Assembly (NCBI GenBank): GCA_038851565.1
Contig: JAWCKV010000002.1
Span: forward strand, 1 to 47,787
DNA length: 47,787 bases
Origin: Candidatus Hadarchaeales archaeon
GTDB taxonomy: Archaea > Hadarchaeota > Hadarchaeia > Hadarchaeales > Hadarchaeaceae
Direction: 5' to 3'
The notes below the pieces were generated by a model. That model did not search any database, had not been told where the DNA came from, and worked only from the letters and a program-made list of their open reading frames with translations. Each line of letters opens with the position of its first letter. The first letter of the stretch is position 1. This document shows, in pieces, positions 10,133 to 19,010 of the stretch. The translations under genes and the position numbers were made by a program.

Positions 10133-10726
10133 TCAGCGGATTCTTATGGTTCTCGTCTCGGTCACTATGACGTGGACCGGTACATCGCCAGACGTGCTGG
10201 GAATGCGGTTGAGCACCTGAAAGTCGTATGCGAGCCCCACAAACCTGCATTTCGGGTTTGCGGAAGAGATCTCGCGCAGAAGCCGGTCGTAGTATCCCAG
10301 CCCGTGCCCCAGCCTGTTGCCCCCCAGGTCAAACGCTATTCCCGGAACTACCACGAGGTCCACATCACCTGGGGAGAAAGGTTTCCTGAGCTGCCGGATC
10401 GGCTCCGGGATCCCGAAGGCGCCGGGGATGAGCTGCCTTTTGGGATCTCCTATCTCGGCGAGGGATATCCTCTTTGACTCCCTCTCAACGTAGGGCACCA
10501 GCACCCTCTTTCCCCTTCTCAGGCACTCCTCGATCAGATCTGCTGTTTCCACCTCTCCGCTTCCTGGCTTTGACACATATAGGGCGACCCTGGCAGACGA
10601 GGAAAACTCCGGAAGTGAGAGGAGGGTTTCAGCGATCTTTCTGCTCCTTTCGATCACATCCTCCTCAGGCAGTCCTTCCCTGATCTCCCTGATTTTATCC
10701 CTTATAGACCGCTTGTCCAAGCTCAT
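10133..10726 (-). CDS. 5-formyltetrahydrofolate cyclo-ligase
   Basis: FGIPEP, VVPGIAFD...RLGHGLGYYDR. Confidence 0.93.
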   Translation of the reverse strand: MSLDKRSIRDKIREIREGLPEEDVIERSRKIAETLLSLPEFSSSARVALYVSKPGSGEVETADLIEECLRRGKRVLVPYVERESKRISLAEIGDPKRQLIPGAFGIPEPIRQLRKPFSPGDVDLVVVPGIAFDLGGNRLGHGLGYYDRLLREISSANPKCRFVGLAYDFQVLNRIPSTSGDVPVHVIVTETRTIRIR

Positions 10727-11586
10727 CCTTCCAGGAGTTCAAGCGCTATCGCCAGGTTTTCCAGGAGCATGGCGCGGGTCATCGGTCCAACTCCCCCAGG
10801 GACCGGCGTGATGTATGAGGCCTTCTTCTGCACGGATTCAAAGTCCACGTCCCCGAGCAGCCTCCCTTCCACGCGGTTCATTCCGACGTCTATCACCACC
10901 GCGCCCTCCTTCACCATGTTTTCGCCCACCACGAAGGACGGGCGCTTCCCAACGGCCACCGTGAGTATATCTCCAGTCCTGGCCAGCTCGGCCAGGTTGG
11001 GGGTTTTTGAGTGGCAGAGGGTCACCGTGGCGTTCCTGTCGAGCAGCATCTTCGCGAGAGGCTTTCCTACAAGGTCGCTCCTGTTAATTATCACAGCATT
11101 TTTGCCCTCTGTTTCCACCCCGTAATCCTCAAGCAGCCTCATTATCCCCTTGGGAGTGGAGGGAAGCAGCGATCCGTCAAGCGTGTAGTCCCCAAGCCAG
11201 AGCTTCCCCACGTTGGTAGGGGTGAGTCCGTCCACATCCTTCCCGGGATCTATTTCAGAAAAGATCCTTTTTCTGTCAATGTGGGATGGAAGCGGAAGCT
11301 GGACTATGATGCCGTGCACGGATGGCTCATCGTTGAGTTCCCTTATCAGGTTGACGACGGCATCCTGTTTTGCCGATGAGGGGAGCTCGTGGAGTTCGAA
11401 GTTTATTCCAACCTCCCTGCAGTCCTCCCTTTTGCCGTTGATGTATATCCTGGAGGAGGGATCTTCGCCGACCATGATTGCTGCGAGCTTGGGCTCTACC
11501 CCCCGTTTTTTGAACTCGGACATCCTTGCCGCTACCTCGTCCCTGACCTTCCTCGCGACCGCCCTTCCGTCCATTATCCTCGCCAG
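10723..11586 (-). CDS. folD: Bifunctional methylene-THF dehydrogenase/cyclohydrolase
   Basis: VQLPLP, KDVDG, VIDVG, TPVPGGVGPMT; start probably CTG 11586 (MARIMDG), otherwise ATG 11574. Confidence 0.95.
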   Translation of the reverse strand: MARIMDGRAVARKVRDEVAARMSEFKKRGVEPKLAAIMVGEDPSSRIYINGKREDCREVGINFELHELPSSAKQDAVVNLIRELNDEPSVHGIIVQLPLPSHIDRKRIFSEIDPGKDVDGLTPTNVGKLWLGDYTLDGSLLPSTPKGIMRLLEDYGVETEGKNAVIINRSDLVGKPLAKMLLDRNATVTLCHSKTPNLAELARTGDILTVAVGKRPSFVVGENMVKEGAVVIDVGMNRVEGRLLGDVDFESVQKKASYITPVPGGVGPMTRAMLLENLAIALELLEG

Positions 11587-11598
11587 GAGACCACCGTC

Positions 11599-13062
11599 CT
11601 AAAATTCAACGGCTTTCCTCTTCCCGATCCTGTTGGCGTATCTTCTCAGAACCGGTCGGAGGAATCTCCTCACTAACTCGCGGCACATTCTAGGGGCGTC
11701 ACCTACGTGAGCCTCGGGCCTCATCAGCTCCTCTACCTCCTTGGGACTCAACTTTGACGATATCACCCTGTCCTCCATTATCATCCTCGGCAGGGGATTT
11801 TCCTCCCCCCTCATCACCCTATCCCATGCCGCGAATGAGATCTTCCTCAGCCTCTCGTGCATCCTCTGCCTGTCCTCCCCTAGCTGCACCAGCCTCATCA
11901 GGAGCGGCTCGGTGGCCGCGAAGGGCCCGTATCTCCTGAGGTTCTGCGCCACCATGTCCTTGTACACCACCAGGCCGCTGGCTATGTTGTCGTACAGGAT
12001 GAGGCATTCCTCGGCCGCCAAGAACGCCTCGGGCATGATGATCCTTCTGTTCGCGGAGTCGTCAAGCGTCCTCTCGAGTATCATCTGGGCGGCGTTTTCC
12101 CACGCCACCTGAGGAAGAACTGAAACATATCTGGCAAGCGAGCACATCCTCTCGGAGTTTATCGGGTTTCTCTTGAACGGCATGGCCGAGGAGCCCACCT
12201 GCTTCTCGCCTATCGGCTCGGACAGCTCGCCATACGGTGGGGACTGCAGGTGCCTTATGTCCAGGCCGAACTTGTAGGCGCTCTGCGCTATCCCCGCGAG
12301 GACTGAGAGGGTGAGGTAATCCAGCTTTCTGGGATAGGTCTGTGATGTCACGGGAAATGCATCGATGCCCAGGGACCTCATGCTTCCGGCCTCCATGTCC
12401 CTCGCCTTGCCGGAGCCCCCCATGGCCCGCACAAAGCTCGCGCGGGTCCCCACCGCCCCCTTCATCCCTTTTCCCTTCAGGAGATCGCTCATCAGGCGCT
12501 CCACATTAATGAGGTCGATGAGCAGGTCCTGGGCATATAGGGACATGCGGTATCCCATGGTGGTTGGCTCGGCGGGCTGCAGGTGTGTCCACCCCATGCA
12601 TGGAAGGTCAGCGTATCTTTCGATCTGGCGGGAGAGAGAATCCAGGCAGTTCACCAACCTCGTGAGGATAAGGTCAAGCGCCCTTTTCATCCTCAGCACG
12701 TCGGCGTTGTCCTCTATGTCCATGGAGGTGGCGCCGATGTGTATCTTTCCTCCTCCCACCGGGCACTGCTCGGCATAGGCCTTTATCTCGGCCATCAGGT
12801 CGTGCCTTGTCTCTCGCTCTATCTCAAGAGCCCTCTCGATGTTGATGTGCTCTGGCCCCATCTTGGATTTCAGGTCATCCAGCTCCTTCTTCGTCAGCAG
12901 TCCGTGCCTGAACTGGCTCTCCGCAAGCGCAACCCATGTTCTCCTCCATGCGGCCCTCCTTTCGACCTCAGAAAATATCCTCCTCATCTCAGGACTTCCA
13001 TACCTCCATGTGAAGGGGGAAAGGAACGTTGTGTGGTCGAACTTCAAATTCTTCACCGCCAT
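11599..13062 (-). CDS. purB: Adenylosuccinate lyase
   Basis: HIGATS, THLQPA, GSSAMPFKRNP fumarate-lyase signature; true start at MAVKNL (13062). Confidence 0.95.
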   Translation of the reverse strand: MAVKNLKFDHTTFLSPFTWRYGSPEMRRIFSEVERRAAWRRTWVALAESQFRHGLLTKKELDDLKSKMGPEHINIERALEIERETRHDLMAEIKAYAEQCPVGGGKIHIGATSMDIEDNADVLRMKRALDLILTRLVNCLDSLSRQIERYADLPCMGWTHLQPAEPTTMGYRMSLYAQDLLIDLINVERLMSDLLKGKGMKGAVGTRASFVRAMGGSGKARDMEAGSMRSLGIDAFPVTSQTYPRKLDYLTLSVLAGIAQSAYKFGLDIRHLQSPPYGELSEPIGEKQVGSSAMPFKRNPINSERMCSLARYVSVLPQVAWENAAQMILERTLDDSANRRIIMPEAFLAAEECLILYDNIASGLVVYKDMVAQNLRRYGPFAATEPLLMRLVQLGEDRQRMHERLRKISFAAWDRVMRGEENPLPRMIMEDRVISSKLSPKEVEELMRPEAHVGDAPRMCRELVRRFLRPVLRRYANRIGKRKAVEF

Positions 13063-13106
13063 TTTCCCTTGCTCGCGTTCCTCTTTAATCCTACCGCTGG
13101 GAGGTC

Positions 13107-13124
13107 CCCTTCCGTAAGGAAGGG
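13107..13124 (+). repeat. Left-end subterminal hairpin of the IS
   Basis: Perfect 7-bp inverted repeat with GTAA loop, about 50 nt upstream of the tnpA ATG. Confidence 0.75.
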
Positions 13125-13172
13125 TGAGAGAGGGAACATATATAGTTGAGTTGGTGAGAAAAATATACAACT

Positions 13173-13573
13173 ATGAGATACGAACTCGACAGGGGTGCAC
13201 ACTCGATATATGCTCTTCAGTGCCATCAGACTCAGGTGGTGAAGTGCAGGAGAAAGGTTCTTGAGGACGGGAGAGTGGCAGGTTGAAGCAGAAAGTGAGA
13301 GAAATAAGCGGGAGCTTCGGGGACAAAGTTCTGAACTTGTGCGACAAAGACCACTTCCACATGATCTTCAAGGCGAAGCCTACTCCAGACATGCCGGGAT
13401 ATATCAACGCCATAAAAACGATGACCTCAAGGGAAATCCAGCGCGGTTTTCCAGAAGTGAAGCGAAAGCTCTGGAAGGGAGTCTTCTGGTCCCCATCGTA
13501 CTTCCCCGCCACGACCGGGCAGGCGACGCCGGACGTGCTGAAGAAATATGCGGAGGGGCAAGCAAATGCTTAG
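13173..13573 (+). pseudogene. tnpA: IS200-type Y1 HUH transposase, frameshifted
   Basis: ATG 13173 gives MRYELDRGAHSIYALQCHQTQVVKCRRKV... then TGA at 13284; the remainder (DHFH HUH motif, WSPSYF, KKY catalytic Tyr) continues in the -1 frame from about 13283. Confidence 0.88.
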
Positions 13574-14696
13574 CTACAGGTTCCGCATCTATCCGTCAAA
13601 AACCGCGCAGCAGGTGCTGAACCGACACATAGAGCTCTGCAGGTGGCTGTACAACCGCCTGCTGTCCGAGCTGAACCTCGCGCGGGAGAAGGGGATAAGG
13701 CTCAAGCGGACGGACACCCAGGCCCTGATAGTTGACCTGAAGCGTCACGAAAAGCCTGAGCTCGGTGAGGTGTATTCCAAGATCCTGCAGATGGTGAACT
13801 GGCAGCTGTGGTCGAACATCCGCGCCCTGGCCGGGCTGAAGCGGGACGGCCGCAGGGTCGGAAGGCTCCGCTTTAAGGGGGCGGGATGGTTCAAGACCTT
13901 AAACTACAACCAGTCCGGGTTCAGGCTTGAAAACGGGAAGCTCGTCCTCTCAAAGGTCGGCGAGATCCCCATAAAGCTCCACAGAAAAATCAGGGGAGAG
14001 GTAAAGGGCGTGATCGTCAAGCGCGAGGGCTCAGGGAGATGGTACGCAATATTCCAGGTTGAGGACGGGCCTGTGCCCCTGCCGAAAACCGGAAGAGCCA
14101 TCGGGATCGATGTCGGGGTCAAACGCTTCCTGACCGACTCAGAGGGACGCCAGGTGGAGAACCCTCGCTTCTACAGGCGGGCGCTTGAGCGGATACGGAT
14201 CAGGCAGAGGCAGCTCTCAGGGAAACAGAAGGGTTCAAAGAACCGCGAGAAGGCAAGGGTCAGGCTCGCAAGGGCATACGAAAAACTCGTGAACCAGCGG
14301 AACGACTTCCTGCACAAGCTCTCACGCTTCTACGTGAACAACTACGATATGATAGCGGTTGAAGGTCTGAACATATCGGGGATGTCAAGGAATCACAACC
14401 TCGCTGGGAAGATACTCGACGCCTCCTGGGGGAGGTTCCTCCAGATGCTGTCCTACAAGGCCGGGCGAGCTGGTAGGACGGTTGTGAAGGTGAACCCAGG
14501 GGGAACTTCACAGAACATACCGGAAGGATTCGACAGGGACTACGTGGCGGCCTGCCGGATCCTCACGCTAGGGCTGGGACGGCCCGAATCAACGCCTGTG
14601 GAGATGGGTCCTCTGCTCAGCGTCTCGGCGCAAGCCGTGGTCGCTGGGCAAGCTCCGTCGCTGAAGCAGGAAGCCCCCTGCAAAAGCTGGGGGTAG
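13566..14696 (+). CDS. tnpB: RNA-guided endonuclease TnpB (lacking zinc ribbon)
   Basis: YRFRIYP/HTH N-terminus, RuvC-I GIDVG, RuvC-II AVEGL, RuvC-III DRDYVAA. Confidence 0.94.
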   Translation: MLSYRFRIYPSKTAQQVLNRHIELCRWLYNRLLSELNLAREKGIRLKRTDTQALIVDLKRHEKPELGEVYSKILQMVNWQLWSNIRALAGLKRDGRRVGRLRFKGAGWFKTLNYNQSGFRLENGKLVLSKVGEIPIKLHRKIRGEVKGVIVKREGSGRWYAIFQVEDGPVPLPKTGRAIGIDVGVKRFLTDSEGRQVENPRFYRRALERIRIRQRQLSGKQKGSKNREKARVRLARAYEKLVNQRNDFLHKLSRFYVNNYDMIAVEGLNISGMSRNHNLAGKILDASWGRFLQMLSYKAGRAGRTVVKVNPGGTSQNIPEGFDRDYVAACRILTLGLGRPESTPVEMGPLLSVSAQAVVAGQAPSLKQEAPCKSWG

Positions 14697-14721
14697 TTCA
14701 CTGCTTCTCCTGAAGCTATAA
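14570..14721 (+). ncRNA. Predicted omega/reRNA scaffold plus flanking guide
   Basis: 3' end of tnpB has the typical ...CCTGTGGAG...GAAGCAGGAAGCCCC-hairpin-GGGGGTAGTTCAC layout; guide would be the flank TGCTTCTCCTGAAGCTATAA; 5' end approximate. Confidence 0.65.
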
Positions 14722-14747
14722 ATTCGGGCGGATTCGAGTATCATTGT

Positions 14748-15230
14748 ATGACCGGAAAGGTGGTGATACTCGCAGGTTCCAAGTCGGACTTGGAGTGGAT
14801 AGCCCCGATGGAAAAAATGCTCAGGGAGTTCGGGGTGAAGTACGAGATCAGGATAGCCTCGGCCCACAAGACGCCGCGAAGGGTGCTGGAGATATTGGAG
14901 GAGTATGAGAAGAAGGGTGAGAGCCTGGTCTACATAACGGTCGCGGGGCGTTCGAACGCGCTCTCCGGATTCGTCGATGCGAACACAGTCTACCCTGTCA
15001 TTGCCTGTCCGCCATATTCCGAAAAGTTCGGCGGCGTGGATGTCTTCTCCTCGCTCAGGATGCCCAGCGGCGTGGCCCCCCTCGTGATCCTAGATCCGGA
15101 GGGAGCAGCGCTTGCGGCCGTGAAGATGCTGGCGCTGGAGGACAGGTCGCTGATCAAAAAGATCTCGGGGTATCATGCAAGGATGGCGGAAAAGCTGGAA
15201 AAGGACGACAGAGAGCTGGAGGGGCGATAG
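14748..15230 (+). CDS. purE: AIR carboxylase / N5-CAIR mutase
   Basis: GSKSD, SAHKTP, AGRSNALSG, SLRMPSG. Confidence 0.95.
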   Translation: MTGKVVILAGSKSDLEWIAPMEKMLREFGVKYEIRIASAHKTPRRVLEILEEYEKKGESLVYITVAGRSNALSGFVDANTVYPVIACPPYSEKFGGVDVFSSLRMPSGVAPLVILDPEGAALAAVKMLALEDRSLIKKISGYHARMAEKLEKDDRELEGR

Positions 15231-15231
15231 G

Positions 15232-15636
15232 TCACCTTGGCCCTCCTACGGTCTCCCCGGCCCACACGTACAGGCAGAGCTTCGGAAGCCCGGTTGCCCT
15301 TGTCGTGTCTTCCTTTGATATTCTAGGGGACGGTTCCCCCGCTATGATAAGGTCTTGTATGTTGACCCACCCATCCGTCACATGGACTTTGCCAAGCTTG
15401 GATTCGATGCAGACCGGTTGTATCTCGCGGAAGTTCGTGACGCGATGTTGCCTCCTCCCTCATGGTTGGGCAGTCGTCATGGCTCTGAACTGGAACTGCC
15501 TCAGCGTTTGGATTTTTCCTCCTGATCCACCCACGACAGCCAGACCGCCGTATTCAAAGATGGAAGTGGCAGTCGGTGCCGTAGGAGAGGTCCTCGGAGC
15601 AATCCCGTCCTGAAACCACCCAAAAATTTCTGACAC
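15232..15636 (-). pseudogene. Possible degraded gene: 134-codon frame with one internal TGA
   Basis: GGGAGGG SD then GTG 15636; 58 codons to TGA (15462-15460); same frame stays open 75 more codons to TGA 15234-15232; no family recognised. Confidence 0.3.
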
Positions 15637-15690
15637 TTTTGCCCTCCCGGGAGAAATCAGTTAACTAGTAGAGAAATTTTTCAGGAAGCG

Positions 15691-17082
15691 TCATGAGCAT
15701 TTCCTCAGCCTTCTCATCCTCTCCACGCTTCTCTCCACGTGCTCCCTTAGCGCTATGTCTTCCCTGTGCCTCAGAGGCCCATCTATCCTCCTTATTCCCT
15801 CCATCGCTATCTCTCTGGCCCCTTCCAGTGTCTCGGATATGCCGAGCACTCCCACCGCCCTGGACTTCAGCGCGAACAGCTCTCCGTCCCTCACCTCCAC
15901 GGCCCCAGGATATATCCTCATCCTCTCGCCGTATTTCTCCCTGAGGGCTTCTGCTTGGGAGATGTCTATCCTCCTTGGGCCAGAGTACGCGGCGTAGCCT
16001 CCGTAGTCCAGCGGCACGGCGTAGACGAGAACGGACGCGAGCTCCTCAAACTCCAGTTTCCTCAGCCCGCCGTCCAACATCCTGAAGCATACCTCAACCG
16101 GGTCGTCCTTCATCAGCGGGAGGACGTTCATCACCTCCGGATCCCCCCATCTGCTGTTCACCTCCAGGACCTTCACGCCGTCGGAGGTCAGGATGTATGC
16201 CATGTAGAGCACCCCCCTTACCTCAGGATTGCTCTCGCCGCCCTTCAGCGCTTCATGTACCCTCTCCGCTATCTCGATTGCCTCGTTCCAGTCCCTCTCA
16301 GACATGAATGGCAGCAGGTTACCCCCGTCCTTGTACGACCCCATCCCGCCCGTGTTCTGTCCCTGATCCCAGTCGAAGGCCCTTTTGTAGTCCCTCACCG
16401 CCGGAGTGGGAACGAGGTGTTTTCCGTCTGAAAGAAGCTGCAGGGAGAACTCCTCACCCTCCAGCTTTTCCTCCACTATTACAGGTCCGGCCTTGAAGTT
16501 TGGCATGAAATATCTCTCGAACATCTCCTCCCTGGTTGAGAAGTGGTCCCCCCATACCCCGACCCCTTTGCCAGCGGCGGGGGCGTCAGGCTTGACGGCC
16601 ACGGCATCCCCTATCCTGTCAAGCCACCTCCACACGGCCTCCTTCACCTCACCGCCCTTGTACTCCTCCGGGTAGAAAACCCTGAACCTGGGGTTTGCTT
16701 TTGGCGCTATCCTTTCGATGAGCTCCCTCTGCTCAACCTTGCTCCTCTCTATGAAGCACCTCCTGGTGGGACAGATCATCGGTATGCCGGTTTCCCTCTC
16801 CACGGCGTCCCTCACCCCGTTCATTCCCGGTCCCTCAGGCCCGAGGACCCCGAAGCTTATCTCGCGTGAATGCCTATTCGCGAACTTCACTATCTCCCTG
16901 ATGTTCAGGTCCGGAATGACTACGTGCTCCCCTCCGGTCTCCTCCGCCATCCTGAGGTTGTAGGGGTTCCTCTGCTTGTCTGCTATGAAGAGTCTAACTT
17001 TTTGAGAGCTCCTGCACAGGCTCTCCGCGATGCACACGAACCTGCTGCCGTAACTTATGCCAAGAACCCCCACGCTCATCAT
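15691..17082 (-). CDS. purD: Phosphoribosylamine-glycine ligase (divergent)
   Basis: GPEGP, VKPDAPAAGKGV, EEKLEGEEFS, DYKRAFDWDQGQNTGGMGS, EVNSRWGDPE; ATGA overlap with purN stop. Confidence 0.92.
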   Translation of the reverse strand: MMSVGVLGISYGSRFVCIAESLCRSSQKVRLFIADKQRNPYNLRMAEETGGEHVVIPDLNIREIVKFANRHSREISFGVLGPEGPGMNGVRDAVERETGIPMICPTRRCFIERSKVEQRELIERIAPKANPRFRVFYPEEYKGGEVKEAVWRWLDRIGDAVAVKPDAPAAGKGVGVWGDHFSTREEMFERYFMPNFKAGPVIVEEKLEGEEFSLQLLSDGKHLVPTPAVRDYKRAFDWDQGQNTGGMGSYKDGGNLLPFMSERDWNEAIEIAERVHEALKGGESNPEVRGVLYMAYILTSDGVKVLEVNSRWGDPEVMNVLPLMKDDPVEVCFRMLDGGLRKLEFEELASVLVYAVPLDYGGYAAYSGPRRIDISQAEALREKYGERMRIYPGAVEVRDGELFALKSRAVGVLGISETLEGAREIAMEGIRRIDGPLRHREDIALREHVERSVERMRRLRKCS

Positions 17083-17810
17083 GATCCCCTCCAGAAGCCC
17101 ATCACCCAATCGTCCCCTCGCCTTATGTATATGCGCCCCTCCGCGTCCATGCCGACCATCCCTGAGGAGATGAGATCGAGGGCCTTTCTGTAGGCCGGGC
17201 CGTCACATCTCTCCTTCATCAGAGCCTGTTGCTCCTCAGGTGATCTCCCCTCAACCGGGAGGGGATCCGACACGACGACGATGGGCCCCTGATCCGGGTC
17301 CTCGTTCATTATGTGCACGGTTGAGCGCGTGTATTTCTCGCCTGCCTCTATCTGGTCTCTCACCACGTGCAGTCCGGTGTATGCCCTTTTGCCGCCTCTG
17401 AGTATGGAGAGGTCCGCGGGATGAACATTCAGCACCCTGTTTGGAAACTCCCTCAGGAACCTTCCGGTGAGCACGTACATGTATCCGGAACACGCGACGA
17501 TGTCGGGGTCCCATCCCTTCCTCTTTATTATCGAAATGAGCTCTTCATCGTACTTTTCCCGGACTCGCATGTCGGTGATCGGCCTATCCCCGTAAAATTC
17601 TCTTATGTCCAGAACCTCGACCGGAATTCCCATCTCCATGAGCTTTCTTATCCCCGAGGCATTCCTGTTGCTCGATATCGCTCCCACGACCTCGTATCCC
17701 TCACCTCCAACCATGAAGGGGACAGCGCTGGCGCCCCCCGAGAAGAGCACCACTATCCTCATTTTTCTTCCCCTCTTGGGAGAGTAGAGGGTAACCACAT
17801 CCTCGGTCAT
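17079..17810 (-). CDS. purN: Phosphoribosylglycinamide formyltransferase (folate-dependent)
   Basis: VLFSGGAS, GYMYVL, LNVHPADL, STVH...DQGP formyltransferase motifs. Confidence 0.88.
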   Translation of the reverse strand: MTEDVVTLYSPKRGRKMRIVVLFSGGASAVPFMVGGEGYEVVGAISSNRNASGIRKLMEMGIPVEVLDIREFYGDRPITDMRVREKYDEELISIIKRKGWDPDIVACSGYMYVLTGRFLREFPNRVLNVHPADLSILRGGKRAYTGLHVVRDQIEAGEKYTRSTVHIMNEDPDQGPIVVVSDPLPVEGRSPEEQQALMKERCDGPAYRKALDLISSGMVGMDAEGRIYIRRGDDWVMGFWRGS

Positions 17811-17864
17811 GCCATCCTCTGAATATTTTTTGATGAAGTTAAATGTGTATTGATTGGGGATAAC

Positions 17865-19010
17865 ATGCCTGCCAACCTGCCTCCGGAGTACTTCAAGGCC
17901 GAGGAGAAGTATCTGAGGGCGAGGAGCCTGGAGGAGCGCATATCCGCCACAGAGGAGATGATAAGGGCAACTCCAAAGCACAAGGGCACGGAGAAGCTGC
18001 TGAAGACGCTGAAGAGAAGGCTTGCAAAGCTCAGGGCAGAACTCGAGGAGAGGAGAGCAAGGAGGGTCGGGGCTGGCGGAAGGAGCTTTGCGGTCAAGAG
18101 GGAGGGAGCAGCGCAGGTCGCCCTTGTGGGGCTTCCGAACTCCGGAAAGTCCTGGTTACTGGGGAGGCTGACCGGCGCCAAGGTTGAAGTAGCGGACTAT
18201 CCCTTCACGACGCTGCGCCCGGTCCCCGGAATGATGGAGTTCGAGGATGTTAAGGTTCAGCTGGTCGAGATACCGGCGATAGTGGAGGGCTCAAGCTTCG
18301 GAAGGGGGCTGGGGGCCGAGCCGCTGAGCGCAGCGAGGAATGCGGATGCGATCGCGATGGTTGTGGACGGATCGAACGATCCTGTGAGGCAGGTTGAGAT
18401 ACTTAGGGAGGAGCTGGAGTCGGTTGGCATAAGGATCAACAGAAGACCTCCGAGGATCTCGATTAGGAAGACCTCAAGCGGCGGGATAGAGATAAAGGGA
18501 GGAGGTCTCGTGGAGGGCGGGGAGGCCGAGCTCAGGAGGATACTGCAGGAGCACCGCGTGCACAACGCGATAGTGGTGATAGAGGAGCCGGTTGTCCTTG
18601 ATGAAGTGGAGGACGCGCTCAGCCCTTCCACAGTATATAAGTCGGCCTTCATCATAGTCACGAGGCCCTGCTCGCGGGAGGAGCTGAGGCAGCTCCATGA
18701 TATGGGCTTCAGAACCATCTTCGGGGATGATGATCCCGAAAAGGTTAAGCGGGAGATATATGAGAGCCTGAATCTCATCAGGGTGTACACGAAGAAGCCG
18801 GATGAGGAGCCGGCAGACGTCCCGATGGTGCTCCCCGCGGGTTCAACGGTGTTAGACGTTGCGGGCAGGATTCATGGGGATATTGAGAAATCCCTCAGCT
18901 TTGCGAGGGTATGGGGTTCAACGAAGTTTCCCGGGCAGAGGGTGTCCAGGGATTACGTCCTGAGGGACAAGGACATAGTGGAGCTGCACTGGGGAGCTAC
19001 TTCCCCCTGA
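17865..19010 (+). CDS. DRG/OBG-family GTP-binding protein with TGS domain
   Basis: PKHKGTE, GLPNSGKS, YPFTT, C-terminal TGS (VWGSTKFPGQRV). Confidence 0.92.
   Translation: MPANLPPEYFKAEEKYLRARSLEERISATEEMIRATPKHKGTEKLLKTLKRRLAKLRAELEERRARRVGAGGRSFAVKREGAAQVALVGLPNSGKSWLLGRLTGAKVEVADYPFTTLRPVPGMMEFEDVKVQLVEIPAIVEGSSFGRGLGAEPLSAARNADAIAMVVDGSNDPVRQVEILREELESVGIRINRRPPRISIRKTSSGGIEIKGGGLVEGGEAELRRILQEHRVHNAIVVIEEPVVLDEVEDALSPSTVYKSAFIIVTRPCSREELRQLHDMGFRTIFGDDDPEKVKREIYESLNLIRVYTKKPDEEPADVPMVLPAGSTVLDVAGRIHGDIEKSLSFARVWGSTKFPGQRVSRDYVLRDKDIVELHWGATSP

Larger units (their letters stand above)
13089..14701 (+). mobile_element. IS200/IS605-family insertion sequence (tnpA pseudogene + tnpB)
   Basis: tnpA/tnpB pair; left subterminal hairpin CCCTTCC-GTAA-GGAAGGG (13107-13124); right hairpin followed by TTCAC (14697-14701). 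Left boundary approximate, placed after TTTAA at 13084-13088. Confidence 0.88.

Noticed and set aside
13063-13170. N-terminal extension of PurB
   Set aside because: Runs through the IS left end; artefact of the longest-ORF call
15500-15530. GAGGAAAAATCC on the minus strand resembling the RNase P RNA GAGGAAAGUCC motif
   Set aside because: Imperfect match, and no partner P4 3' motif found nearby
15305-15613. 102-aa plus-strand ORF in the purE-purD gap
   Set aside because: Ser/Pro-rich, no clear SD; looks like the antisense shadow of the minus-strand frame
15658-15672. GTTAACTAGTA resembling a bacterial trp operator half-site
   Set aside because: Short, archaeal context, no cognate regulator in view; more likely an AT-rich promoter or chance
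18997-19010. Tail-to-tail overlaps of convergent genes (also 42003-42022, 28515-28525)
   Set aside because: Ordinary for compact archaeal genomes
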